Part shown: positions 13,945-24,072 of the stretch, one piece after another
Position numbering within the stretch: the first letter of the stretch is position 1
How the letters are laid out: the number at the start of each line of letters is the position of its first letter
Assembly (NCBI GenBank): GCA_002269645.1
Contig: NIVC01001412.1
Coordinates: 1-64,000, forward strand
Length of the DNA stretch: 64,000 nucleotides
Source of the DNA: Macrostomum lignano
Lineage: Eukaryota
Direction: 5' to 3'
Position numbers and translations under genes: made by a program
The notes under the pieces: model-generated
What the model was told of the DNA's origin: nothing
Database searches by the model: none
What the model saw: the letters and a program-made list of their open reading frames with translations, nothing else

Positions 13945-14686
13945 AGGGAAGAGAGGAGAGAGGAGAGAGGAGAGAGGAGAGATGACGAGGAGAGAGGAGA
14001 AAGGAGACAGGACGAGGAGAGAGGAGAAAGGAGACATGACGAGGAGAGAGGAGAAAGGAGACAGGACGAGGAGAGAGGAGAGAAGAAAGATGGGGAGAGG
14101 AGAGAAGAGGAGAGGAGAGAGGGGAGAGAGAGAGGGGAGAGAGAGAGGGGAGAGGAGATAGGAGAGAAAAAAGGAGAAAAGAGAGGGGAGAAAAGGGAGG
14201 AGAGAGGAGAGGAGAGGAGATGATAGGAGAGGAGAGGAGAGGAGAGGAGAGGAGAGGAGAGGAGAGGAGAAAGAAGAGGAGAAGAAAGATGGAAGAAAAG
14301 AGAAAGAGAGGAGAGGAGAGAGGAGAGAGGAGAGAGGAGAGGAGGGAGAAGAGGAGAGAGGAGAGAGGAGAGAGGAGAGAGGAGAGAGGAGAGAGGAGAG
14401 GAGAGAGGAGAGAAGAGAAGAGAGAGGAGAGAAGAGAGGAGAGAGGAGAGAAGAGAGAGTAGAGACGAGAGAGGTGAGAGGAGAGGGGAGAGATGAGAGA
14501 GGAGTCGGAGAGTGGAGAGGAGGGAGACGAGAGAAGAGAGAGGAGAGAGGGGAGAGGAGAGAGAGAGGAGAGAGGAGAGAGGAGAGACAAGAGAGGAGAG
14601 AGGTGAGAGGAGAGAGGAGAGACAAGAGAGGAGAGAGGTGAGAGGAGAGAGGTGAGAGTTGAGAGGAGAGAAGAGAGAGGAGAGAG
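13945..14686. repeat. Imperfect (GA/GAGAG)-rich polypurine tract
   Basis: Nearly pure G/A on + strand; source of the LSSP/EERR junk ORFs. Confidence 0.95.
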
Positions 14687-15360
14687 TAGGTACCTGTTTG
14701 ATATTAATTACTATTTGCACTTTAACTTTATTCACTGTTTGTTGTTTGGTCCGGAGACAGCCTCCCAGAGAATGTGCGGCAGCTGTTTATGTTTTGTCAG
14801 AAGATTCTCACTCCGCACTCCCAGATAATAGCAAACAGACAGCCTTGGCTCGGAGGTGAGGTACACTGGCTGCGTACACTTAGCAGCACCCCCTGCCGCT
14901 GTCTCACGCCACTGTTGCATTGGCTGGTACAAAGCCAGACTGCACGGAGAGACAGACAGGCGGATAGAGAGGAGAGTGTACGGCCCGTAGCTGCACTGCC
15001 CCACAGATGCACACTCCGAGAGAAGAGAGAGGGGGAGAGGCAGCGGGAGAGCCGCACAGGGGGTGTCAGTGGCTGCATAGGACGAGGCTTCACTCGTGGA
15101 CTTTACTCGCGGCCTTGGGACGAGGCGGGGGGTTGGCAGTGCTGGGGGAAACTGGCCTTTATATGTCAGCCAGTTGGCCCTCCGCCTGGCCTTGCCCTGC
15201 CCCATTTTCCGCTCTGAATTTGGGAAGGAAGGAAGGAAGGTGACGCCAAGGAGTGAGTGGAGCAGGTGAGGCGGTGGAGCTCTAAGTGAAGAGGTTTAAG
15301 AAAGATCCGGTTCCGAGCAACCCGAGTCAGGCGACTTCGCCACCAGCCACCTCGAGAGCA

Positions 15361-15396
15361 GATTGGTCCGCTAGCTTTCTGCTGTCCACTATATAG
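15361..15396 (+). promoter_or_regulatory. Possible lipin core promoter (inverted CCAAT plus TATA-like)
   Basis: GATTGG at 15361-15366 and TATATAG at 15390-15396, about 65 nt upstream of the lipin ATG. Alternative reading: this lies inside a 5'UTR intron (donor GTGAGG 15266, branch CTAAC 15430, acceptor CAG 15443). Confidence 0.25.
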
Positions 15397-15457
15397 CGTT
15401 GGCATCGAGCCTCCCAGCTTAGACCAGAGCTAACTTCGTCCAGAACCAGCAGCAGAC

Positions 15458-15637
15458 ATGAACGTGGTCAGCCAGCTGTGGTCCACCGTGTCCAACTACT
15501 ACCGGACGCTGAACCCGGCCACCCTTTCCGGCGCTATCGACGTCATCGTGGTTGAGCAGCCGGACGGCACCTTGAAGAGCAGCCCGTTCCACGCCAGGTT
15601 CGGCAAGACTGGCATCCTCAGACCGCAGGAAAATGTG
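15458..15637 (+). CDS. LPIN: Lipin phosphatidate phosphatase, coding exon 1 (N-LIP domain, 60 aa)
   Basis: [60 protein letters not shown] matches the lipin N-LIP signature (NPATLSG.ID..V..Q.DG....SPFH.RFGK). Phase-0 donor GTG|GTGAGT at 15638. Confidence 0.95.
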
Positions 15638-15801
15638 GTGAGTAGCTGCTCACTCACTCTATGCTCATTTGATCATCTAGGTCAGGGGTCGGCAAACTCC
15701 GGCCCGCGAAGCCTCTCTATCCGGCACTAGGGTCCTTTGAAGCTTCACAGTAATGCTCAGGGTTTGTGTCTCTTCTCAGCTCTCCTCTGTCACCTCTCTC
15801 T

Positions 15802-16185
15802 TCTCCTCTCCTCTCCTCTCCTCTCCTCTCCTCTCCTCTCCTCTCCTCTCCTCTCCTCTCCTCTCCTCTCCTCTCCTCTCCTCTCCTCTCCTCTCCTCTC
15901 CTCTCCTCTCCTCTCCTCTCCTCTCCTCTCCTCTCCTCTCCTCTCCTCTCCTCTCCTCTCCTCTCCTCTCCTCTCCTCTCCTCTCCTCTCCTCTCCTCTC
16001 CTCTCCTCTCCTCTCCTCTCCTCTCCTCTCCTCTCCTCTCCTCTCCTCTCCTCTCCTCTCCTCTCCTCTCCTCTCCTCTCCTCTCCTCTCCTCTCCTCTC
16101 CTCTCCTCTCCTCTCCTCTCCTCTCCTCTCCTCTCCTCTCCTCTCCTCTCCTCTCCTCTCTCCTCTCCTCTCCTCTCCTCTCCTC
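15802..16185. repeat. (CTCTC)n pentanucleotide microsatellite in the lipin intron
   Basis: Long perfect CTCTC run inside intron 15638-16573. Confidence 0.97.
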
Positions 16186-16573
16186 TATTCTCTCCTACTT
16201 CATCTCATCTCTCCTCTCGTCTCCTTTATTCCCTCTCCTCTTTTCTCCTATTTCCTTTCTCAATTTTCTCTCCTCTGTCCCATCCTCTGGCCCGCAGTCA
16301 TGCGCTAGGTTCTCTATTTGGCCCTTACGGGTGGATCATGAGCTCGGGACAGAACTTATCAAACTTCACCCAGTAATCCTATCAGCTTATGTGTTTGAGG
16401 CCTGATTCCCAAACCCTGATCCAGTCCACTGAGGCAAACAAGATTAGGTTAGTCGGGTTAGCGGCCGAAATCGAATAGAACCAAGTGCACCCAGTTGAAA
16501 ATGATTGAATTCATCCTGAACTCAGCCAGGCTGATCCCTTCTTAGTGTCCTATTTCTCCTCGCTCATTTCAAG

Positions 16574-18835
16574 GTGGATCTCTACGTCAACGACGAGCTG
16601 ATTCCGGACATCCAGATGAAGCTGGGCGAGGCTGGGGAGGCGTTTTTTCTAGAAGACCCGGACGACCTGCCGCCGGAGATGCCGCTGCAGGACCTGCAGG
16701 CCCTGGAGCTCGAAGTGCAGAAGCTGGAGCGCAGGATTTCCATGTCGAAGCTCGAGAAATCCTCCGAGGACGCGACCGGCGGTGCTTCTACTCTTGTCGC
16801 TGAGAACGACGACGCGACTGGAACTGACGAGGCCGAGGACGACGAGGCGAGCCTCAAGGCGGAGCGTCCAGCCGGATCTTCGGCCACGCTGGTCTCCTAT
16901 TACAGCGACTGTGAGGGCGAGGAGCGGTCTGGCGGGACGAGCAGCCGCAGGGCGACGCTCACTGGCTACAAGTCAGACTCTGAGCAGGACAGCCACAATT
17001 CCGCACTGATTGGCGGCGCAGCCGAGCAGCTGATGGCCCAGATGGACTGGGAGTGGGGCAAGCTGCCGCACTCGGCCACCATGGACAGCGTCAAGTCTGG
17101 CGACTATTTTGATTGCACCGATGAGATTTCGGGTGCCGTGGACACCTCAACGACAGCGGCACTCAAATTGTCCTGTGGCGAGACGGTATCGTCGGAGAAG
17201 CTCAACCAGATCCTGGAAGAGCGGATCGCTGCATCTCGAGGCCAGGACGGTGATCAACAGCAAGTTGCGCAGCAGCAGGAGTCGCAGCAGTCGTCTCAGG
17301 CGCAGCAGCAGCAGCAACAGAAGCAACAACAGTCCGCTGAGCGAGAACGCCTCTCATCCTCGGGCGAGTGCTACTTGGCTGATCTGGACGACAGCAACCG
17401 GCACCTCTACCTCAGCGGCTCGCCATCCTCCCCAGAGTCGGGTTACAAGTCGGACCAGGACATGTCCAGCGTGGAGGAGGATCTCAATGTCGGCGTGCAG
17501 TTGTCTCTGTGCGGCGGGCTGGACCTGCCGAACAGCATCACGACTGAGCGCTTCCTCAAGTACCTGATCTCGTACGACGAGTTCATGCAGAATCCGGACA
17601 TAATAGAAAACCGAGACCTAGTGGTGCGGATTCAGGGCAAGAACTACAATTGGCGGACCGCAGCGCCGATTCTGCTGTGCCGGGCCGTGTTCAACGCGCA
17701 GCTGCCCTACAAGACTGTGCAGAACCTCAAGGAGCGCCACATGCGCTTCCGGCGCAAGCGCAACACCATGCGCTCCTGGTTCGCGTGGGGCCGCGCCAGG
17801 CCCTCCGAGGAGACCGACCCAAACGACGAGGAAGCCGGTGGTGGCGACGCCGTTGTAGCTGTGGAAGACATCAAGGAGGAGGCAGCCGAGGAGCGGCAGA
17901 AGGACAAGGGTGCCGAGCAGCAGCCGAAGCAGCGGGCTCGCACTGTACGTCTGTCCTCCAACCAGCTCAAGAAACTGAACCTGCGCCCAGGCTACAATGA
18001 GCTCCGCTACAGCATCACAACCAAGTACCAGGGCACCACGGAGTGCACCTGTGGAGTCTACCTGTGGGGTCACGACGACCGCATTGTGATTTCGGATATC
18101 GACGGGACCATCACTCGCTCGGACGTGCTGGGACACATTCTGCCCATGGTCGGCAAAGACTGGACACAGCCGCGCATCACCAAGCTGTTCTCGGCTATAG
18201 AAAAGAACGACTACAGATTCCTGTACCTGTCCGCCAGGGCCATCGGCCAGTCAGCCGTCACCCGGCGTTTCTTGCAGCGCGTTCGACAGGAGGGCGTCAC
18301 CCTGCCCGACGGGCCGGTGCTGCTGTCGCCGCTGTCTCTGATGCGCGCCTTCCACCAGGAGGTGATCGCCCGCAGGCCGGAGGCCTTCAAAATCGCCTGT
18401 CTGCGCGACGTGCGCTCGCTGTTCCCGGCCGAGGCGCAGCCGTTCTGGGCCGGCTTCGGCAACCGGCCGTCTGACGCGCTGTCCTACACAGAGGTGAGCG
18501 TCAACCACGCCAGGTGCTTCACTGTCAATCCGCAGGGAGAGGTCAACCGCGAGTCCGGCGACTGCCTGCCGTCCTCCTACCAGGCGCTGGCCGAGGTGGC
18601 GGACCTCGTGTTCCCGCCGTTCCAGCACCGGTTCGCCGACCACGGCCACTTCTCGCACTTCTCCTACTGGCGGGCGCCGCTGCCCGTGCTGCCGCTCCTG
18701 CCGGCTCCCGAGGATGTCACCGAGGCGGCTGAGACGGCCGTCAAGGCAGCTGGCCCGGCGAAAGCCGCTGAAGGAGCGGCGACTCCGGTGGAAGCAACGA
18801 TAATCGAGGTGTCGGAGCCAGCAGCCCTGGTCTAG
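16574..18835 (+). CDS. LPIN: Lipin phosphatidate phosphatase, coding exon 2 (rest of N-LIP, M-LIP, C-LIP/LNS2 HAD domain); full protein 813 aa
   Basis: Acceptor TTTCAAG| at 16573. VDLYVND...MKLGEAGEAFF completes N-LIP. M-LIP LSLCGG...YNWRTAAP, SWFAW, catalytic DIDGT (18095-18109) followed by LGHIL, YLSARAIGQ, KIACL, GFGNRPSD. Stop TAG ends at 18835. Confidence 0.97.
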   Translation: MDLYVNDELIPDIQMKLGEAGEAFFLEDPDDLPPEMPLQDLQALELEVQKLERRISMSKLEKSSEDATGGASTLVAENDDATGTDEAEDDEASLKAERPAGSSATLVSYYSDCEGEERSGGTSSRRATLTGYKSDSEQDSHNSALIGGAAEQLMAQMDWEWGKLPHSATMDSVKSGDYFDCTDEISGAVDTSTTAALKLSCGETVSSEKLNQILEERIAASRGQDGDQQQVAQQQESQQSSQAQQQQQQKQQQSAERERLSSSGECYLADLDDSNRHLYLSGSPSSPESGYKSDQDMSSVEEDLNVGVQLSLCGGLDLPNSITTERFLKYLISYDEFMQNPDIIENRDLVVRIQGKNYNWRTAAPILLCRAVFNAQLPYKTVQNLKERHMRFRRKRNTMRSWFAWGRARPSEETDPNDEEAGGGDAVVAVEDIKEEAAEERQKDKGAEQQPKQRARTVRLSSNQLKKLNLRPGYNELRYSITTKYQGTTECTCGVYLWGHDDRIVISDIDGTITRSDVLGHILPMVGKDWTQPRITKLFSAIEKNDYRFLYLSARAIGQSAVTRRFLQRVRQEGVTLPDGPVLLSPLSLMRAFHQEVIARRPEAFKIACLRDVRSLFPAEAQPFWAGFGNRPSDALSYTEVSVNHARCFTVNPQGEVNRESGDCLPSSYQALAEVADLVFPPFQHRFADHGHFSHFSYWRAPLPVLPLLPAPEDVTEAAETAVKAAGPAKAAEGAATPVEATIIEVSEPAALV

Positions 18836-19330
18836 TCAGCTGCCGCCTCCCCGCTGCCTGGCTTATTATTCATACATTGCCCGAGTCATTATTCGGCTTA
18901 CTTCTCTGGGAAAAACTGACCTATTGAACTATCGCAATTGTGTGCATATCTGCTGATTTTCGCTGTAAATTGAGAAAACTGCTGTGCATATTGGCCAAGA
19001 CGGCTCTGTCGAGTGTTGGTTACCGGTATCCAGCTTGGCCTGTCAATTCCATTGCTTTCATACTTTCGCCCGCTTTCAAATTGCTGCTTCTAGTGATCGC
19101 TTTCACATGTCATCGAGTCCATGGCTCCCTCTCTCTACTCTCCGGTTTCACTCTCTTATTACTATTGTTATTATTTTATTATTTCAGCTCCGATGCTTAA
19201 ACAGATTTAACGGATTTTGTTTCCGAGCTCGCTAACTCTTTTGCGAGCCTCAATTCGCTGCTTTCAAACACTTGAGAGTGATTTTTGGCAATTTTGTGTC
19301 ACATGCTTGGCTTCGGTTCTCTATTGCGAT

Positions 19331-19665
19331 TTGCTTAGTACACCTCTTCAGTTCGTCTGCCCCCGTCTCTATTTGGTCTGTTTCTCTCCCTCTCGGTCTG
19401 GTTCAGTCTTGCTATTCTTATCTCTCTCCCTCACTGCCTTCTGATTGGCTCGTCAATCTAAATAAGACTTTCAATTAGGGCGAGGGGGGATAAGAAATGT
19501 AGGGGTGGAGTGCGCGACTGAGGAAAGAGGCGAGATTGAAGAGCCAATCAGAAGTCAGCGAGGGAGAGAGATAAGAATTACAAGATCGGGCTGAACTTTT
19601 ACAGAGGGAGAGAAAGACAGTAAGCAGAAACGAGGGCAGATGGACTGAAGAAATGACTAAAACAA
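19331..19665. repeat. Imperfect inverted repeat (arms ~125 bp, spacer ~73 bp); MITE/foldback-like
   Basis: 19335-19459 aligns with the reverse complement of 19533-19660. Inner 46 bp differ at 3 positions. No TSD recognised. Confidence 0.85.
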
Positions 19666-19681
19666 GTCTCCGACCTGACTA

Positions 19682-20527
19682 CTAGCTTGAATCAGTAGAA
19701 CCAATGCAAAAGCCCCTATCGGTGAACTGCCATAGGGAAGTATAAAAAGTTTCAAACCAGTTGACTAAGAGTTTTGTGGGGGCAAGTGGCCCAAAGCTAT
19801 TTTCATATCCAAAATGATCGCACGTACTACTCATAAATTCCTTATTTTTTTCCTTTTTGTACCCAAACGAGGTGTTTCTATTTTTAGCTACTAAAAAATA
19901 AACATGCTCAGTTCCATCGCTGAGCGGTGAGCAACTATTTCTCACATCGCAGGAACTCAAGACTTTCATTCGCCTTCTTTTGTAATTTAGTAAATTGTGT
20001 CCATTGATTCGAGTCCGTAAGCTCAATGATTCATATAGTGCGTCCATTGGTTTAGATATTGTGTCCATTTGTTTCGAGATTGTGTCTGTTGGCTTTGATA
20101 TTGTGTCCATTATTTTAGAGATAGTATCCGCTGGTTTAGATATTGTGTCCACTGGTTTAGATATTGTGCCCATTAGTTTAGATATTGTGTCCTCTGGTTC
20201 AGATATTGTGTCCATTAGTTTATATATTGTGTCCACTGGTCTAGATATTGTGTCTACTGGTTTAGATATTGTGTCCACTGGTTTAGATATTGTGTCCGCT
20301 GGTTTAGATATTGTGTCCGCTGGTTTAGATATTGTGTCCATTAGTTTAGATATTGTGTCCATTAGTTTAGATATTGTGTCCACTGATCTAGATATTGTGT
20401 TCATTAGTGTCCACAGTGTGTCTATTAGCTGAAAGATTGTGTGCTCAGGCTCGCTGCTTAAGGGCTCACTGAAGCTGCTAGATAGCGAAGAAATCGAAAA
20501 ACTGATCTTCATAAACATTTTTTGCAA
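19682..20527 (-). CDS. Orphan coding exon: (D-T-I-S-K-P/L-V/M) heptad repeats plus a ~120-aa unique C-terminal region; 5' exon structure unresolved
   Basis: 281-codon open frame. About 120 AT-rich non-repeat codons stay open. Repeat variants include synonymous codons (GAC ACA ATA to GAT ACT ATC; TCT to TCA/TCG; AAA to AAG). Candidate acceptors TCTAG, CTTCAG and CTTTCAG lie at about 20430-20480. Confidence 0.6.
   Translation of the reverse strand: MQKMFMKISFSISSLSSSFSEPLSSEPEHTIFQLIDTLWTLMNTISRSVDTISKLMDTISKLMDTISKPADTISKPADTISKPVDTISKPVDTISRPVDTIYKLMDTISEPEDTISKLMGTISKPVDTISKPADTISKIMDTISKPTDTISKQMDTISKPMDALYESLSLRTRINGHNLLNYKRRRMKVLSSCDVRNSCSPLSDGTEHVYFLVAKNRNTSFGYKKEKNKEFMSSTCDHFGYENSFGPLAPTKLLVNWFETFYTSLWQFTDRGFCIGSTDSS
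20043..20410. repeat. 21-bp minisatellite CTGGTTTAGATATTGTGTCCA (~17 units), probably coding on the - strand
   Basis: 21-bp period visible directly; no stops or frameshifts in the - strand frame. Confidence 0.95.
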
Positions 20528-20696
20528 GAATATTTATGATACTTTACTGAGAGTAGGATGACAGCGGTGCTACTCAGTTGTATAGTTCTCTAGGGAACTG
20601 GATACGGACATGAACTCATGTAGTCTCCAGCTCCCCGACTGCGCCGACTCCAGACTTTCCGCCTCATCAAACTGCTTGCTTCTCGGATCCACCAAG

Positions 20697-21060
20697 TCTC
20701 CATCTGAAACCCCGATTATCCATCTAAAACTCCCATTGTCCATCTGAAACCCCGATTGTCCATCTGAAACCCTGATTGTCCATCTGAAACCCCGATTGTC
20801 CATTTGAAACCCCGATTGTCCATCTGAAACCCCGATTGTCCATTTGAAACCCCGATTGTCCATCTGAAACCCCGATTGTCCATCTGAAACCCCCATTCTC
20901 CATGTGAACTCCCCATTGTCCACCTGAACTCCCCAGACTCCACCTGAACTCCCCAGACTCCACCTGAACTCCCCAGACTCCACCTGAACTCCCCAGACTC
21001 CACCTGAACTCCCCAGACTCCACCTGAACTCCCCAGACTCCATCTGAAGCCCCAGACTCC
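20697..21060. repeat. Compound 20-bp minisatellite (CCCCGATTGTCCATCTGAAA then CCCCAGACTCCACCTGAACT)
   Basis: Two related 20-mers in adjacent blocks. Confidence 0.95.
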
Positions 21061-21828
21061 GCCCGAGCCCGAGCCCTCAGCCTCCAGCATCACGGTTCCC
21101 TCACAATCAGGCTGATTGCAGGAATCCACAAGCCCAGTGAAAGCTCCATGGAGACAGAATTGAATTAAAAAACAACACGCGGAGATCAGATTTCATCGTC
21201 TGAAACATCTCGAAAATTGAGTTGCTGCGGCAGCTGATTTGCATCCACGCCCGCAGATCCCTGGCGGCGGTAAGAAGCTTCATCGCGGGGCTCGAACTCC
21301 AGACAGCCGAAATTCTATTAGCAGCGAATTGTTGGGGCGCTGATTGGCAGCTCCGCTTCCGGCCTGAAATCCCTCACAAATTCTGCCTGCATTTGAATTA
21401 TTGAATCAATAAGCCGAGGCTGAACAAAACGCTGCTGATTTCTCTACCTGGCGGGAGCCTTTCCGCCGCGGCTAAGCGCCCTGGGGATTAGAGAGGCCGC
21501 AAGATCCCTGTGGGCGGCCGGACAGCCGGACCGCTAACAAAAAAAGTCGCCTCAAAACATCTGCCGCTGCGAGTAGCGCAGCTTTTATTGCCGCTGACGC
21601 TCAGCGCACAGGCGGGACGGCTTGTAAAAACTGCGGGGGAGAAAGTTCCCGCTGCTGGAGCACGTGTTTGACAGCTCCGTGTGCGCCTCTCAGCGCCCAA
21701 CTTTTTTTCCGGACTGCCAGCCCGCGACACTGCAGTTTGGGGCGACCGAAAACTGCCGTCTGTCAGCTCTGGCAGCGGCTGCACCTCTGCTGCGGCTGCT
21801 GCGGCTGCTGCGAGTTAAAGCTGTGTCG

Positions 21829-22540
<712 letters not shown>

Positions 22541-23042
22541 CCGCCGTAAATCCGGCCTCAGTCCAACTCAATTTGAATGAATTGATTTCATTTTCACTCT
22601 CATTCATGTTAGCAAAATCTTCAAAAGTCACGTTCAGAGCCGGCAACGAACACTGGTTTTTTAATAATCTTTTTTCCAAATTAGGAAAATGAAAATTCTA
22701 GTTTTTTGTAGGTTTGCCAGAAAGTGCAATGAAATGAAATCAGTAGCGAGCACCGTGGATTGCCGCAGACAGCTACATTTGTAGCGCCCATTGAATGAGG
22801 CACAATGCCTGCTTTGCTGAGATCAGGTTGCCAAGCGCTGCTCAGAAACCAGCTCGGCTTTTTTGGCACGTGACGTTTGAACTGCGCTTCGGTGCAGCCC
22901 CACTCGGAGAGAAGTCGCTTTGTCACAACTGATAAACAGAATTTACCGATTTTCCACTGACATTGCAGCCCCTCAGCTCACCGAGTTGCCCGGCTGAAGT
23001 GTGAAAATATCGGCAACTGCCTTCAACTCACTTCTCAGTTCT

Positions 23043-23505
23043 GCCTTTCTCCTTCTCTCTCCCCCTCTCCCTCTCTCCTCTCTCCCTCTCTCTTCTCTCA
23101 TCTCTCATCTCTCCTCTCTCCCTCTCTCTCCCCTCTCCTCTCTCCCTCTCTCCTCTCTCCCTCTCTCTTCTCTCATCTCTCATCTCTCCTCTCTCCCTCT
23201 CTCTCCCCTCTCCTCTCTCCCTCTCTCCTCTCTCCCTCCCTCTCCCTCTCCTCTCTCCCCCCTCTCTCACTCTTCTCTCACTCCCTCTCCCTCTCTCTCC
23301 CCTCTCCTCTCTCCCTCTCTCCTCTCTCCCTCTCTCTTCTCTCATCTCTCATCTCTCCTCTCTCCCTCTCTCTCCCCTCTCCTCTCTCCCTCCCTCTCCC
23401 TCTCCTCTCTCCTCTCCCACCCTCCCTGTCTCCTCTCCCTCCCTCTCCTCCCTCCTCTCCCACCCTCCCTGTCTCCTCTCCCTCCCTCTCCTCCCTCCTC
23501 TCCAT
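23043..23505. repeat. CT-rich polypyrimidine repeat
   Basis: Imperfect CTCTCC/CTCATCT units. Confidence 0.93.
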
Positions 23506-23905
23506 CTCGCTCGTCCAGCGAAAGCAGTGCCCTCCTAAAGCAAAACTACCAGTCTTGCCAACTCCCAGGTTCGAAGCTGCAGCCGCACCAGCCCATCGGC
23601 TCCGGTCACTGAAAATTTTTAAGCCCAAGCGCCCATCGATCTCCCGGTTGCCGCTGTAGTCGCCTCCGCTTAGATACGTGCTGCTCAAAGCAGATGCAGA
23701 GTGGAGTCTGGCAGTCTGTGATCGATCTGCAAACTCACCTCCCTGATCAGCCTCATCTGCGCGTGCCGCTCCCTCAACTCAACCAACTCAACCAACTCAA
23801 CCAACTCGAGCAACTCGCTCATGATCAAAGCCGCTCCGAGCTCCTTTGTTGAGCTCTTTTTGTGCAAAATTTCATATGGGACTTTAATGGCCGAACTCTG
23901 TCTGT

Positions 23906-23997
23906 GGGATTGAGGCACACTGACTTCCCATCCCGGGTGCGAGTTGTTTTGGGGATTGAGGCACACTGACTTCCCATCCCGGGTGGGAGTTGTTTTG
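23906..23997. repeat. Two-copy 46-bp tandem duplication
   Basis: GGGATTGAGGCACACTGACTTCCCATCCCGGGTG(C/G)GAGTTGTTTT at 23906 and 23952. Confidence 0.9.
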
Positions 23998-24072
23998 GCG
24001 TTTGGCTTTCCATAATCTTTTCCGTACTGGGAAGCTTATAATGACCCATGACTGTTTAGAAAGGCATTTCTA

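Noticed and set aside
23520-23560. GVGKTGSF, resembling a P-loop/DEAD motif I, in the minus ORF 23278-23688
   Set aside because: Isolated short match with no other helicase motifs; the frame runs into a GA repeat.
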